The notes under the pieces: generated by a model | Database searches by the model: none | What the model saw: the letters and a program-made list of their open reading frames with translations, nothing else | Told to the model about the DNA's origin: nothing | Translations under genes and position numbers: made by a program | Part shown: positions 11,905 through 23,737 of the stretch, in pieces | Position numbering within the stretch: position 1 is the stretch's first letter | Layout of the letters: the number at the start of each line of letters is the position of its first letter | Source: Octopus sinensis | Taxonomy: Eukaryota | Length of the DNA: 64,000 nt | Direction of reading: 5' to 3' | Assembly (NCBI RefSeq): GCF_006345805.1 | Contig: NC_043006.1 | Coordinates: 40,982,001 to 41,046,000, forward strand

Positions 11905-12253
11905 GTCCGCCTTAGCGAGGGCAGAAGTATTGTTTTCAGTCGCGTTTGTTTGTTTGTTTGTCCGTGGACAAGATATCTCAAGAACCGCTAGATGGATTCA
12001 GATGAAAATATCAAAGATGTTCGGCCTCGTGACTGGCACGGACTGATTAGAATTTGGGATCGATCCCGTACCGGACAAGGTTTCTGGATTATTTTTCCTG
12101 TCTTTTGAGACCGGTCAGGTTCATTTTTAGTATTCTCGTTTTTGAGAGCAGTCGAGTTTATTTCAGATATTCTCATTTTAAAAATCATCTCTGGCTAATC
12201 GTTGAGAGAACGTTGGTGTTGCCTTGATGGAGGCTTGCGTTCCATGAGTGCTC

Positions 12254-12257
<4 letters not shown>
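11901..12257 (+). mobile_element. Non-autonomous element in (TTA)n resembling Crypton-V-like microsatellite-associated elements
   Basis: Starts ttacgtccgccttagcgagggc..gtttgtttgtttg, ends gccttgatggaggcttgcgttccatgagtgctcttgtt; (TTA)n on both sides. The family name rests on recalled architecture only. Confidence 0.5.
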
Positions 12258-12309
<52 letters not shown>

Positions 12310-12319
12310 ATTATTATTA

Positions 12320-12616
12320 CTGGTATTATCCTCCCGTAACACAGTGTAGTTAAAAATGCTCTGGAGTCTTTAGTCATCTGTCAAGTCACAACAAGGACCT
12401 CAGACAGATAATACTTTCCTTAAGATGTGCGTTGTGCCCAATAAGGCTGCTTTTTGCAAGACATCGACCTTGCATGGGATTTCCAGTTGCCTTAAGAAGT
12501 CTTGAAGTTTGAATGGGATTGAGTCCAACGCTCCGATCACCACTGGTATCACTTTCATATTACCCTGTTGCATTCCATAGAGTCTTGCCATTTCCACTTT
12601 CGGAGTACTTGGTGAA
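12320..12616 (-). mobile_element. R4/Dong-clade 3' end, family 4
   Basis: KYSE../EMARLYGMQQGNMKVIPVVIGALDSIP..VDVLQKAALLGTTHILRKVLSV* (track ORF 12400-12597); (ATT)n on + on both sides, which is (AAT)n on the element strand. Confidence 0.85.
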
Positions 12617-12694
<78 letters not shown>

Positions 12695-12700
12695 TGCCTT

Positions 12701-13038
12701 TGCACCTCGGGCAAGTGTCTTCTACTATAACCTCGGGCCGACCAAAGCCATGTGAGTGGATTTGGTAGATGGAAACTGAAAGAAGCCCGTCGTATATATG
12801 TATATATATGTATTTGTGTGTGTATATGTTTGTGTGACTGAATTTGTCCCCACCACCATCGCTTGACAACCGATGCTGGTGTGTTTACGTCCCCGTAATT
12901 TAGCGGTTCAGCAAAAGAGTCCGATAGAATAAGTACTAGGCTTACAAGGAATAAGTCATGGGGTCGATTTGCTCTACTAAAGGCGGTGCTCCAGCATGGC
13001 CACAGTCAAATGACTGAAGCAAGTAAAAGAGTAAAAGA
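12701..13038 (+). mobile_element. SINE family B, 5'-truncated
   Basis: Internal (TA)/(TG) tract; ends gactgaagcaagtaaaagag. Confidence 0.85.
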
Positions 13039-13073
13039 GATTATTATTATTATTATTATTGTTATTATTATTA

Positions 13074-13140
<67 letters not shown>

Positions 13141-13477
13141 GAGTTTTACTTCCTTCAGTTTTGTTTCTGTTTATTGCCGAGTGTCTTCGCGACACCCAAG
13201 GTAAAGAAATTCACTGTATACATTAATAAGTCACTAAAATAAACACACCAGATTATTTATTTACAAAATCAAATAAACTTATGAATAATAATAATAATAA
13301 TAAAAACATTGAAGATTATCGTTCTTACAACCACAATGATGCACTCAATACGTGTGACGTAAAGTTTTTGTATTTCTGGCAGGGATGGCAAGCCAAGGAT
13401 CATGCTCAGATAATTTTCAGTTTGATCATTCCTAGTGCGCTTACAAACACTGTTATTGTAAGCGCATTGAGATGCCA

Positions 13478-13519
<42 letters not shown>

Positions 13520-13553
13520 AACTAATATTATTATTATTATTATTATTATTATT

Positions 13554-14047
13554 GAATGAGAGAGCAATGCATGCCATCAAAGTGACACTGGGGTAAAACA
13601 TACGAAGCCCAGTATACTCATCATGACTACCCGTCTGATAAGGGTACACCAGGCACATGCATCACAACCATATGTGCGCGATATGGTGATCCCATATCAA
13701 GATAAACAGCACATAACATTGCAGGTGGGGTCCAGATAGAATTTTCTTCTGGTCGAGTGGCCCATCCCGCTCAAAAGGTCCCTGAATAAGGATTGTTTAA
13801 GGATGTTGAACGAACCACCCATGTTTCCAAAGGTGAAGTAGCCAAACCTCTAAGAATTCCTTTCAACACATGGCTATGATGCTCCCCCACTACTTCTGCT
13901 TGTGATCAGAGATGCACATATCATCAGCCACCAAGGGACATGGTCAACTGGTTAAGGTCAAACAACAGACAAGGGAATCTGTGGTACTGAGCAGAATATT
14001 TGCTGTAGCACATCTTTTATACCAAGACAAAACAATGTACATGATAA
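13554..14047 (-). mobile_element. Family D, full copy 2
   Basis: Same termini (gaatgagagagcaatgcatgcc ... aatgtacatgataa) and same length as 4687-5180. Confidence 0.85.
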
Positions 14048-14098
14048 TATCTCCAACCAGTTAAGATCAGAAGCCATGAGTTATTATTATTATTATTA

Positions 14099-14143
<45 letters not shown>

Positions 14144-14144
<1 letters not shown>

Positions 14145-14830
14145 AAGGGGCGGCGAGCTGGGAGAATCGTTAGCATGCTGGACGTAATGCTTAGCGGTAT
14201 TTCGCCCGTCGTTACTTTCTGGGTTCAAATTCCACCGAAGTCGATTTTGACTTTCATCCTTTCGGGGTCTGTAAAATAAGTACCAGTTGAAGAGTGGGGG
14301 ACGATGTAATCGACTCAGAATCCCCACCCCGCCAAATTGCTGCCCTTGTGACAAAATTTGAACCATTATTATTATTATTATTAAGGCGGTGATCTGGCAG
14401 AATATTTAGCATGCCGGGCGAAATGTTTAGTAGCATTTCGTCCATTTTTCCGTTCTCGGTTCAAGTTCTTCCGCGGTCGACTTAACCTTTCATCCTTTCG
14501 AGGTCGATAAAGTAAGTACCAGTTGAACACTGGGGCCGATGTAATCGGCTCATTCCCACTTCCCCCAAGCTGCCCTTATGGCAAAAATTGAAATCATAAT
14601 TATTTTTATCATTACTAGAGCATGAGCTGGCAGAATTGTTAGCACACCGGGCGAAATGCTTAGCGGTATTTTGCCCGTCACTACGATCTGAGTTCAAATT
14701 CCGCCGAGATCGACTTTACCTTTTATCTTTTCGGGGTCGATAAATTATGTACCAGTTGAGTACTGGGGTCGAAGTAATCAACTATCTCCCTCCCCCAAAT
14801 TTCAGGCCTTTTGCCTATAATAGAAAGGAT
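14144..14830 (+). mobile_element. Three head-to-tail family A SINEs separated by short (ATT)n
   Basis: Heads near 14146, 14384 and 14622. Confidence 0.85.
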
Positions 14831-14981
14831 TATAGTTATTATTATCATTATTTGAGAAGTTAGTAACCGGAAGATAATATAGATTTCAGGATAGCCTGAT
14901 ATTTAAGTACATTATTATTCTTTCACGATTTAAAGAGATGATTTCAAATTTCTGCTTGGTATTGAAAATATTTTTCGCATG

Positions 14982-15400
14982 TAGGCGCAGGACTGGCTGT
15001 GTGGTAAGTAGCTAGCTTGCCAACCACATGGTTCCGGGTTCAGTCCCACTGCGTGGCACCTTGGGCAAGTGCCTTCTACTATAGCCTCGGGCCGACCAAA
15101 GCCTTGTGAGTGGATTTGGTAGACGGAAACTGAAAGAAGTCCATCGTATATATGTATATGTATATATATGTATATATGTGTGTGCGCGTGTGTGTTTGTG
15201 TCTGTGTTTGTCTCCCCCTCCAACATCACTTGACAACCGATGCTGGTGTGTTTACGTCCCCGTAACTTAGCGGTTCGGCAAAAGAGTCCGATAGAATAAG
15301 TACTAGGCTTACAAAGAATACGTCCTGGGGTCGATTTGCTCGACTAAAGGCGGTGCTCCAGCATAGCTGCAGTCAAATGACTGAAACAAGTAAAAGAGAA
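14982..15400 (+). mobile_element. SINE family B, full length
   Basis: tggctgtgtggtaag (A box), ggttccgggttcagtccc (B box), tail aaatgactgaaacaagtaaaag. Confidence 0.9.
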
Positions 15401-15469
15401 TAAACCCACAAACAAAACTTACCTTCTAATCTAGAGATATACACGCATACATAAATGCTTGCCTAAGTA

Positions 15470-15496
15470 TGTATCGCTATATATATATGTATATAT

Positions 15497-15543
<47 letters not shown>

Positions 15544-15545
15544 TA

Positions 15546-15588
<43 letters not shown>

Positions 15589-15837
15589 ATATACATATAT
15601 ATATTCATTTTATCCGTTTATTATCCATTTTAGTCTTCCTAATTATTGAAGAAAAAAAAATCAAGACAAAAAGACATCCTTATAGAGGCAGGGGCGACTG
15701 TGTGGTAAGGCGTGTGCCTCCTCATCACATGGTTCCCATTTCTATTCAAATGTGCGGCAATTTGGGCAAGTGTCTTCCACCATGGCTGACCAAAGCCTTG
15801 TGAGTGGGTCTGGGGCAGATATATATATAATATATAT

Positions 15838-15888
<51 letters not shown>

Positions 15889-15897
15889 CATATATAT

Positions 15898-15944
<47 letters not shown>

Positions 15945-16086
15945 AGTATATATACAATAGTACTTCGCATATATGACATCCGTCATATATATATATATAT
16001 ATATACATACATTACATACACATACACATACATACATACATACATACATGCATACATACATACATACATACATACATACATACACT

Positions 16087-16127
<41 letters not shown>

Positions 16128-16463
16128 GTACAGTAGTACTTCGCAGTGCGAGTGAACCATTGTTAACTGGTTTTTAATAAAACCAGTTTACATATTTCTT
16201 TCGCATTCTCTTTTTTATAATTGTCATTTTACTTGTAACTACGCCTTTTCTATTCTAAAACCCCTAAAATTTTTTTATGAGTGGTTTTGGTGGGGCTGGA
16301 ACGGATGAATTATATTTTAGTCAATTTCAATGGGGAAAAATTGATTTGTGAAACGAGTAAATAGTAAGACGAGTTCGGTCATGGAACGAATCAAACTCGT
16401 GCTGCGAGGTATCACTGTGTGTGTGTAAATATATATATATATATATACACACACATATATTTG

Positions 16464-16509
<46 letters not shown>

Positions 16510-16516
16510 TTGTATA

Positions 16517-16575
<59 letters not shown>

Positions 16576-16580
16576 AAAGT
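15470..16580. repeat. Large (TA)n/(TACA)n microsatellite field
   Basis: Direct inspection. Confidence 0.95.
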
Positions 16581-16770
16581 ATGTGTGTGTAGGCGTGTGT
16601 CTTGTGTTATTCCCGTAACTTAGCGGTCCGGCAAGAAAGAGACGATAGTCTAAGTACTATGTTTTAAAAAAAAATATTAAGTCCTGGGGTCGATTCATTC
16701 GAATAAAACCCTTTAAGGCGGTGCCCCAGCATGGCCGCAGTCTAATGACTGAAACAAGTAAAAGATAAAA
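15691..16770 (+). mobile_element. Old family B-type SINE split by about 780 bp of expanded (TA)/(TACA) repeats
   Basis: Head at 15691-15815, tail at 16590-16770. Confidence 0.55.
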
Positions 16771-17469
16771 AAAACAAAAGATGGAAGATCGTTATTCTGG
16801 TCATCAACGTCATCGTGACGATCATAGTCTTTCGTCTTCCTCCTCGTCGTTCAGTCATCGTTGTCGTTTGTTGTCGTCACAGTTGTCGAAGTCGTTGCTG
16901 TTATCATTTTATCTGCTTTACACTAAATACTTGTACTAAGATCAGATAACTTTGTAAGCGGAGTAAATTACAAATAGGCATTAATCAGTAAAGTCCAAGA
17001 AGAGAAAGGTGGAAACTACGAATAAAGTTGTCCTCCAAAGAGTTTCATTAGAAAATTATTGAATCCAAGCCATGTTAAAACTAAAGTTTTTTTCTTACGG
17101 AATGAACCTTATGGCTGTACGGTTTGGTTACCAGAGTTAGAATAGTTTTTATGAATTATTTTAGAATTTGAACAGACGTATCTCAGCATAATACTGCTGC
17201 TAACATTATCATCCACTTTGGTGATTAGAAATCAATAGTCGAATGATCTGGGTGAAATTTTAATTGAGAAATCGTGACAAACTTGCAGATGTATGAGGAT
17301 ACAAACAGGTTTTTTTTATGTCTTACCGTGGTACTTGGGAGCAAGTTACTTTAGATAACATCCCAGCTAGATCATCATCTCACCCGTTCGAACAAACTAT
17401 TCTATATACGTTCAGATCAACACATCGACATTTCAAATTTCGCTCTTGTTGTTATTAACTTTCATGAAG

Positions 17470-17690
17470 GTTGAAAGCTGACAGAATCGTCAGAGCGTCA
17501 TCAAAAAAATTTCCTTGGGATATTTAATTGGCTCATTATGTTCTGTGTTCAAATCTTACCGTGGTCAGCATTTCCTTTTACTCCCTGGGAGTCCATAAAA
17601 TAAAGTACCAGTCTAGTACTGATCAATGTAATCGATTAACTTTCTTCACTTTAACATTTCTGGCTTTGTGTCTAAATTAGAAACGGTTAT
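17470..17690 (+). mobile_element. SINE family A (old)
   Basis: Diverged head and ataaagtaccag block. Confidence 0.65.
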
Positions 17691-17925
17691 TACTCTTCAA
17701 ATTGTTTTATGGTTACTTTTGAAAATAATGAACAAATATAGGAATATAAATTTATATTATTCTTTGATCTTGACAAAAAAAGAATGAAGTGGTATGTCTA
17801 GAATTGGTAAGAACTGAAGTTTATAAATTTAGATAATTTCGATTCGTAATATCATATCCACCCAACCCAGCCTTTTATCTCTGTCTACTATTTGAAGAGA
17901 CGAAATCGTTCGCTGTTGAAAGCAT

Positions 17926-18804
17926 CTATTCCATCTGATAGGCAGAGAATTCTGAAATAAAGAAATATAAAACATGGGTCATTAGTTTTGGAAAAGATTC
18001 AGTTTTTTTATGACATGAATTGTCCCGTTTGCAATATGGTAAACATTTATATTTGGTGAGAATGTCACTTTTGTTGTTCTTGCATTGTCTGGCAGAAGGC
18101 AGGTTGCTAAGACACCGTTTCATGATGTTTAGCACACTGGGGAAGGATATTTTGCTATAGATCTGTTTGTATTTGGACACAGCGTGCTTGTAGAGGTACG
18201 CAGAAGTCAAGAGGTAATCATTGGTAACCAGGAGAAAATGAGTATAAGACGAGTCGTTTTCATAAATATCGTTGTTTAAGCTGACTATACCAAACGTACA
18301 AATCCCTTCTTTCAAGAACGTAATATAATACAGGAGGTGAGATTCAGCCCAATGGGATTTAGTAAATGTTTCACTGTCCTTACGGAACCTTACAGCTTCA
18401 GACATAACCTTATTGATTCTTTTGTGTCCCAAAGTAGTTATATACAAACCAACAATCGTGCGGAGAGACACTGTATGCGTCAGCACAGGAGTTGGAAGGA
18501 TGGTAAACCAGTTGTGCCCGTTCGGTTTCAGCTTTCCCGAAAGAACGTTCGGATAGTTGAATTCTCTGTCGAAGATAAATTTATTTCGATACAAAATACT
18601 TCCCCATAACGATTTAGATATCTTAGCATGTTTCGTCGACCGTTGTTTTCTAATACGTCTGTTGACCTCCAGGTTGTTGCTCGATACGTTCAGGTGCTCT
18701 TCCTTCATAGACGTCTTGTTGGGTTGGTGTTGCAGCAGTTCATTTTCCACCAAGGTGGAGCTTACCAGACCGATCGTAAGTACGGTGATCAATAGTACAT
18801 ACAT
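17926..18804 (-). CDS. Single-coding-exon gene for a 292-aa predicted secreted or GPI-anchored protein of unknown family
   Basis: 879-nt uninterrupted, non-repetitive ORF in AT-rich DNA. Hydrophobic N-terminus MYVLLITVLTIGLVSS (signal peptide), basic RRIRKQR segment, four N-x-S/T sequons, five clustered Cys (231-264) and a hydrophobic C-terminal stretch. ATG in AAAATG context, 14 nt after a polypyrimidine tract and AG acceptor. Confidence 0.85.
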   Translation of the reverse strand: MYVLLITVLTIGLVSSTLVENELLQHQPNKTSMKEEHLNVSSNNLEVNRRIRKQRSTKHAKISKSLWGSILYRNKFIFDREFNYPNVLSGKLKPNGHNWFTILPTPVLTHTVSLRTIVGLYITTLGHKRINKVMSEAVRFRKDSETFTKSHWAESHLLYYITFLKEGICTFGIVSLNNDIYENDSSYTHFLLVTNDYLLTSAYLYKHAVSKYKQIYSKISFPSVLNIMKRCLSNLPSARQCKNNKSDILTKYKCLPYCKRDNSCHKKTESFPKLMTHVLYFFISEFSAYQME

Positions 18805-18850
18805 TTTACGGCGCTCATCTGAAAAATTGCAAAATATCAGAAAACGAAGA
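18805..18850 (-). other. Splice acceptor and 5' UTR part of the coding exon
   Basis: Minus strand tcttcgttttctgatattttgcaatttttcag|atgagcgccgtaaaATG; AG at 18820-18819. Implies an upstream non-coding exon at higher coordinates. Confidence 0.65.
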
Positions 18851-19809
18851 TTAAATTAGTAACTTCATTTACTACGCACCATATTAACAAAAGTAACAAG
18901 AACAAAAACAACGGCTTCAGCCTACGAGTGAGTTTCTACGTGGTTGTTTCATTTTCTAAAAAGGACAACCAAATTCCCCTTAAATCATACGCTACCACCT
19001 TAAAAAACAGAATAAATTTATAGGATAATCTCGTTTGCCACACATCCGCTGTCATCATAGTCAGGCACAGACGTTGCACTGTGGTTAAGAAGCACATTTT
19101 GCAAACATATGGTTTCGGGTTTATTCCGGACCGACCCGTGCCTTGAGAGTAAATTTGGCTGACGGAAACTGCATAGAAGACCGTCGTGTATGTTTATATA
19201 TTTCTCCTCTTTTTCTCATTTTCTATTCTGTCTTTATCTCTCTCTTTGAAAAGTTGTGACAATTAACAAATAACTCCCAAAAACCTAACGGAGCTCTCTG
19301 ACTTGTATAATGGTAAATGTTCTTAATTGTAAACATCAGACTAGCTACAAACCATTAACGTCAAATTCCTGATGAAGCATGCACATAGAATAGAGGCATG
19401 CTCAAGATTCATAGCCATTATAAATAATATTTGATAGTATCCTATGACTGTGAAATTGTCCTCATGCATCTAGGATGCAGAAACGTATGTTGCAATGTAT
19501 TAAAGTCCAAAAATTTCCACACACAAGTCAGTTTCCTTATTATTCTCTTGCTCTCTCTCTCTCTCTCTCTCTCACTCACTTACCCATTCACTCACTTACC
19601 CATTCACTCACTCACTCACTCACTCACTCACTCACTCACTCACTCACTCACTCACTCACTCACGCACTCACTCACTCACTCACTCACGCACTCACTCATT
19701 CACTCACTCTCTCTCTATCTCTATGTATGTATGTATGTATGTATGTATGTATGTATGTATGTATGTATGTATGTATGTATATATATATATAGATATACAC
19801 ATATGTGTA

Positions 19810-19846
<37 letters not shown>

Positions 19847-20271
19847 ATCATGTGATCTATAGTGGCAAACCTGATTGCCGCTGATGGCGTTTCGTTGAAT
19901 CTCTTCTTTAGTTTAGACAGGATAATGTGTCCTTCATGCTTTACCACCAAAAGAACTAGAGGTATAAATGCAGTAAAGGTGCGTCATCTGGAAATCGAAA
20001 TCAAGACTGGGCTCTTTAAAGAAATGGTAGATGTTTCTTTTTCATAGAGATCGGGGTAACGCATATAATAGGGAAAAGAATGTGATGTCATGATATACCC
20101 CCACCTCCGTGCTCCACCATGATATACAAAAAAGATTTGGTTGAAATAATTCGGATTACAACAAAGGAAATATTTATTTTTGATCGGTTTGAGAAGGAAA
20201 GAATACACTGTGTAAGCTTTCTAGGCTCTTCAAGACTGGGCGATAATGATAATTTGCAATTTTTGCACAAG

Positions 20272-20432
20272 GTCAGCAATTTTAGGGATTATTTTGAGTA
20301 CTGTGTCCAATTGGTACTTATTTTATCAACCTCGAAGGACAAAAATCGACCTTGCCGGCATTCAAACTTGGAACGTAAAGAGCCGGAAGAAGTGCCGCCA
20401 AGCATTTTGTCCGGTGTGGTAACGATTCTGTT
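20272..20432 (-). mobile_element. SINE family A (old)
   Basis: Diverged family A sequence. Confidence 0.6.
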
Positions 20433-21399
20433 AGACTAAGCGACAATAATAGTATAGTAACGTATTGATATCACTTTTCCACAGCCAGCATAATTTGGTC
20501 TATGAAGGTGTTTCTTTAGAGCACATCTAGGCTCAACCATCTTCCACTTACGGAATTAAATATAAGGAATTGTATAAAGACTTGTTAAAATATCTTGTGT
20601 ATTGGTGGTGTCCCAGTATTGCCACAGCCTTAGGGCGGAAACATATAAAAGAATTGCAGAATTATAACCAATTTATGGCACATAAATTTTATCAGCAAAA
20701 TCATGGATTCCTAAGGGTTATATGGGCCCCGGTTGGGAACTACTGCTTTAGACTCTTAATCAGAAATTGACTTTTGTCTTTTGATATCTAAATATTCCTT
20801 TCCAATGATATTTAATAAACTCAATCCCAATAGCTTCTGCTCATTAATCTCTCCATAATAGTTTCTATCCAATAAACTCTCTCACATGGATTGTAATTAG
20901 TGAGGCCTGCCCAAATGGTTTGTAGAAATTATTGAATAAGTTCTACCTAATAGCTTTCATCCTCAGATTCTACAAAAATGGAATAAACCTATTAGAATAG
21001 AACGAGCTCTCCCTCCCTCCAATAATCTCAACTTTTGGATTCTATCAAATGGTATCCAAAGATTCATGTTGTCTTTCAATAATTTTTCTTAATATGCTTT
21101 TAGCATTGCTTTAAAACAAATTAAGATTTCTAACGAATGAAGGTGAACACAAAGTTTGACAATTAATTTTGTGCATCATTCGACTTCCATAGAGTCAGGC
21201 AAAGCTGTGTGGTTGAGAAAATTGCTTCGTAATTACGTGGTTTATAATTACAGATTTATAGCTTGTTAGAATAAACTATAATTAGTTCGTAACTATGCGG
21301 TATCAGGTTGATTTATAGCTAGTTTTGATACAAGGCTCTGGAGTCACTGCATGAAGCCATTGTCCGTAATCGATCAAAGCCATATGAATAGAATCTGGG

Positions 21400-21880
21400 A
21401 AACAGAAACCATGTGTAGGCTCTCTGGAGTGACCGTTAGATGGCAGGCTTTATCCATTTCTTGTTTAATGCCCCGCTGCTTGATAGCTGGGCATCTTTAG
21501 CGGAGTTCGCTCTGTTGCAAACATTCAGGTTAGGTCGCGCGTCTGATGATATCTTTCTCTCTTTCTCCCACGAGTTATATATGTCTTTAATAATTCTTTC
21601 ATTAAATGTACTATCGCAAGCCCTTTTGAATCCCTTCCAATGTCAGAAACTCTTTTGTATCATCAACAGGTATCTCAGGGTCACAAGCGTTTTGCTTCTT
21701 TGCGTGTACGCTTTGCATGTGTGTGGAAGAGAGAACCGATGCTTGTGGAAGGCTTTCCCCTGTTGTCACAACCACTTTGAGCTGGTTTCAGCTGCCATTC
21801 CTATCACTTTGGTGGCGTTCTACAGTTGTCTAGACACCTGACTAATTTTCTACACGAACTAGTGGAAAGCTAACTTCAAT
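21400..21880 (-). mobile_element. Possible internal fragment of an R4/Dong-type ORF (region preceding RT)
   Basis: Frameshifted FHTHAKR../DPEIPVDDTKEF../WKGFKRACDSTFNERIIKDI, resembling the P..E...FW..IW....N pattern that precedes RT in this clade. Very decayed. Confidence 0.35.
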
Positions 21881-22129
21881 AAGGAATGAGGGGTGTGCCA
21901 TCCCTTGACAAGGGCCCCATCGATCAAGTCCTGATTTTTTTTTTAGCTGGTGAGAAATGTCGAGTTTATTCTCTAAGATTACTGTAAGTTCAACCACGAT
22001 TCATTTTCTAGGATTTATTAATCAATTTCTATCTTAACATTTTTGTATAATAAATGATAAAAAAAACCCATTTTACTCAAGGGTCTAATCTATAAATTGA
22101 TAGTATCGAGTGATTCTATGCAAGCATAG

Positions 22130-22277
22130 AGGCGTACGAGTGGCTGTGTGGTAAGCAGCTTGCTAGCGAACCACATGGTTCCGGGTTCAGCCCCACTGCT
22201 TGGCACCTTGGGCAAGTGTCTTCTTCTATAGCCTCGAGCCGACCAAAGCCTTGTGACAGAAGCCCGTCGTATATATG

Positions 22278-22342
<65 letters not shown>

Positions 22343-22545
22343 TTGTGTGTCTGTGTTTGTCCCCCCAAGATCGCTTGACAACCGATGCTGGTGAGTTTAC
22401 GTCCCCGTAACTAAGCGGTTCGGTAAAAGAGACCGATAGAAAAAGTACTAGGCTTACAAAGAATAAGCCCTGGAGTCGATTTGGTCGACTAAAGGCGGTG
22501 CTCCAGCATGGCCACAGTCAAATGACTGAAACAAGTAAAAGAGTA
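22130..22545 (+). mobile_element. SINE family B
   Basis: Head and tail present, small internal deletion. Confidence 0.9.
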
Positions 22546-22915
22546 AGCAGCAGGAGCACAGTAAAACTGATAAGAGTTTCACTAGCTTGAGAGTCTGATT
22601 TTTCCACTACTCCATAGAAGTCGATTGTAGAAGGCTGTAAAATTTTCTTAGGTAACATTCCAAGAAGACAGACGTCTGTGGTTCCAAAATTTACAAACAA
22701 ATTATGCCGCTCTGACAATACGATGATCAAGATAAAAAAAAAAAAGCCACCGCCAACGTCACACATGACCTCTGTTTAGTATTGTATGTCTATATTGTTC
22801 CCAATGAGTGCATCGCTTGCACTAGTAACATTTTGTAATGAATATTATTGTATCAATGTTCGCAGTTTGCTGCAGCATTATGTAATGAATACAATAGTAA
22901 CAACAACGACACGCC

Positions 22916-22975
<60 letters not shown>

Positions 22976-23611
22976 AAACTACTACTACTACTGCTACAAA
23001 TTCTGTAGACCATGAGTTTATTCTTCTCAAGTCTACAATTGCTTGTTGCACTATACCGCAGATTCAGTTACTGCAAACAACTAATTTAACAGAACACCAT
23101 GTTGTCCGTGGGTTTCCACTTTCACAACAACACAATGTAATGAATAGCACATCTGTTCAGTTCGAGTACACTGTATGGTAAAATGCATAATTAAGTTCGG
23201 TCCCTATTTTATTTAAGTGCTGTTGCGTCGTACTCCGTGTAAAGTTTTTATAAGTTTAACCAAGCAGGCACGTGTGTTTACTATACTGGCATTGAAATTG
23301 ATTCTAATAACAATTGCCATCGCGTGTTCCGCCAGCTGCTGCTTACAATGTCCTCTACTGACTTGTATTTCAATCTTCCATATGTTCTCCCTCAACAAAC
23401 ACCGAGTAGATTTACGTAAACAACGGGTTATCTGAAATCGTCGTGTAGTGTAAACAGTGTAAACAGTGTAAAATGAAATATGTACTTGTTAATTTCAGAT
23501 GTTAATTGCCTAATCAGACTTAACTTAATGAACTAATGGATTAAGTATCGGTCAACGTTTACACATTGATATTTTGACTCCAGACTCATTAACAGGCCGG
23601 TCAAAAGGCTA

Positions 23612-23737
23612 TAATGCTCCCCACAACTTCTGCTCGTGATCAGAGATGCTCATATCATCAGCCACAAAGTGACATGCTCAACTGGTTAAGGTCAAACAAC
23701 TGACAAGCAAATCTATGGTATTAAGCAGAATATTTGC
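23612..23737 (-). mobile_element. Family D fragment inside the duplicated block
   Basis: Matches about 5011-5136. Confidence 0.75.

Noticed and set aside
15012-15236. Recurrent ORFs containing FRLPNPLTRLWSARGYSRRHLPKVPRSGTEPGTMW
   Set aside because: Antisense translation of SINE family B; repeated at every copy.
15459-16155. Many 60-150 aa ORFs rich in Y/I/C/V/H/T (also near 29 kb, 46 kb, 52 kb, 57-58 kb) and poly-I/N/Y ORFs at 4.6-14 kb
   Set aside because: Translations of (TA)n, (CA)n, (TACA)n and (TAA)n tracts, which lack stops in some frames.
18200-18420. CAP/CRISP assignment for the 292-aa protein (FTKSHWAES) or lysozyme-like TFGIVSLNN
   Set aside because: Conserved His, Glu and Cys positions and spacing of those families are missing; kept as unknown.
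22786-23181. 131-aa ORF with poly-Thr (mucin-like)
   Set aside because: Length depends on an (ACT)n tract; no clear signal peptide or splice support.
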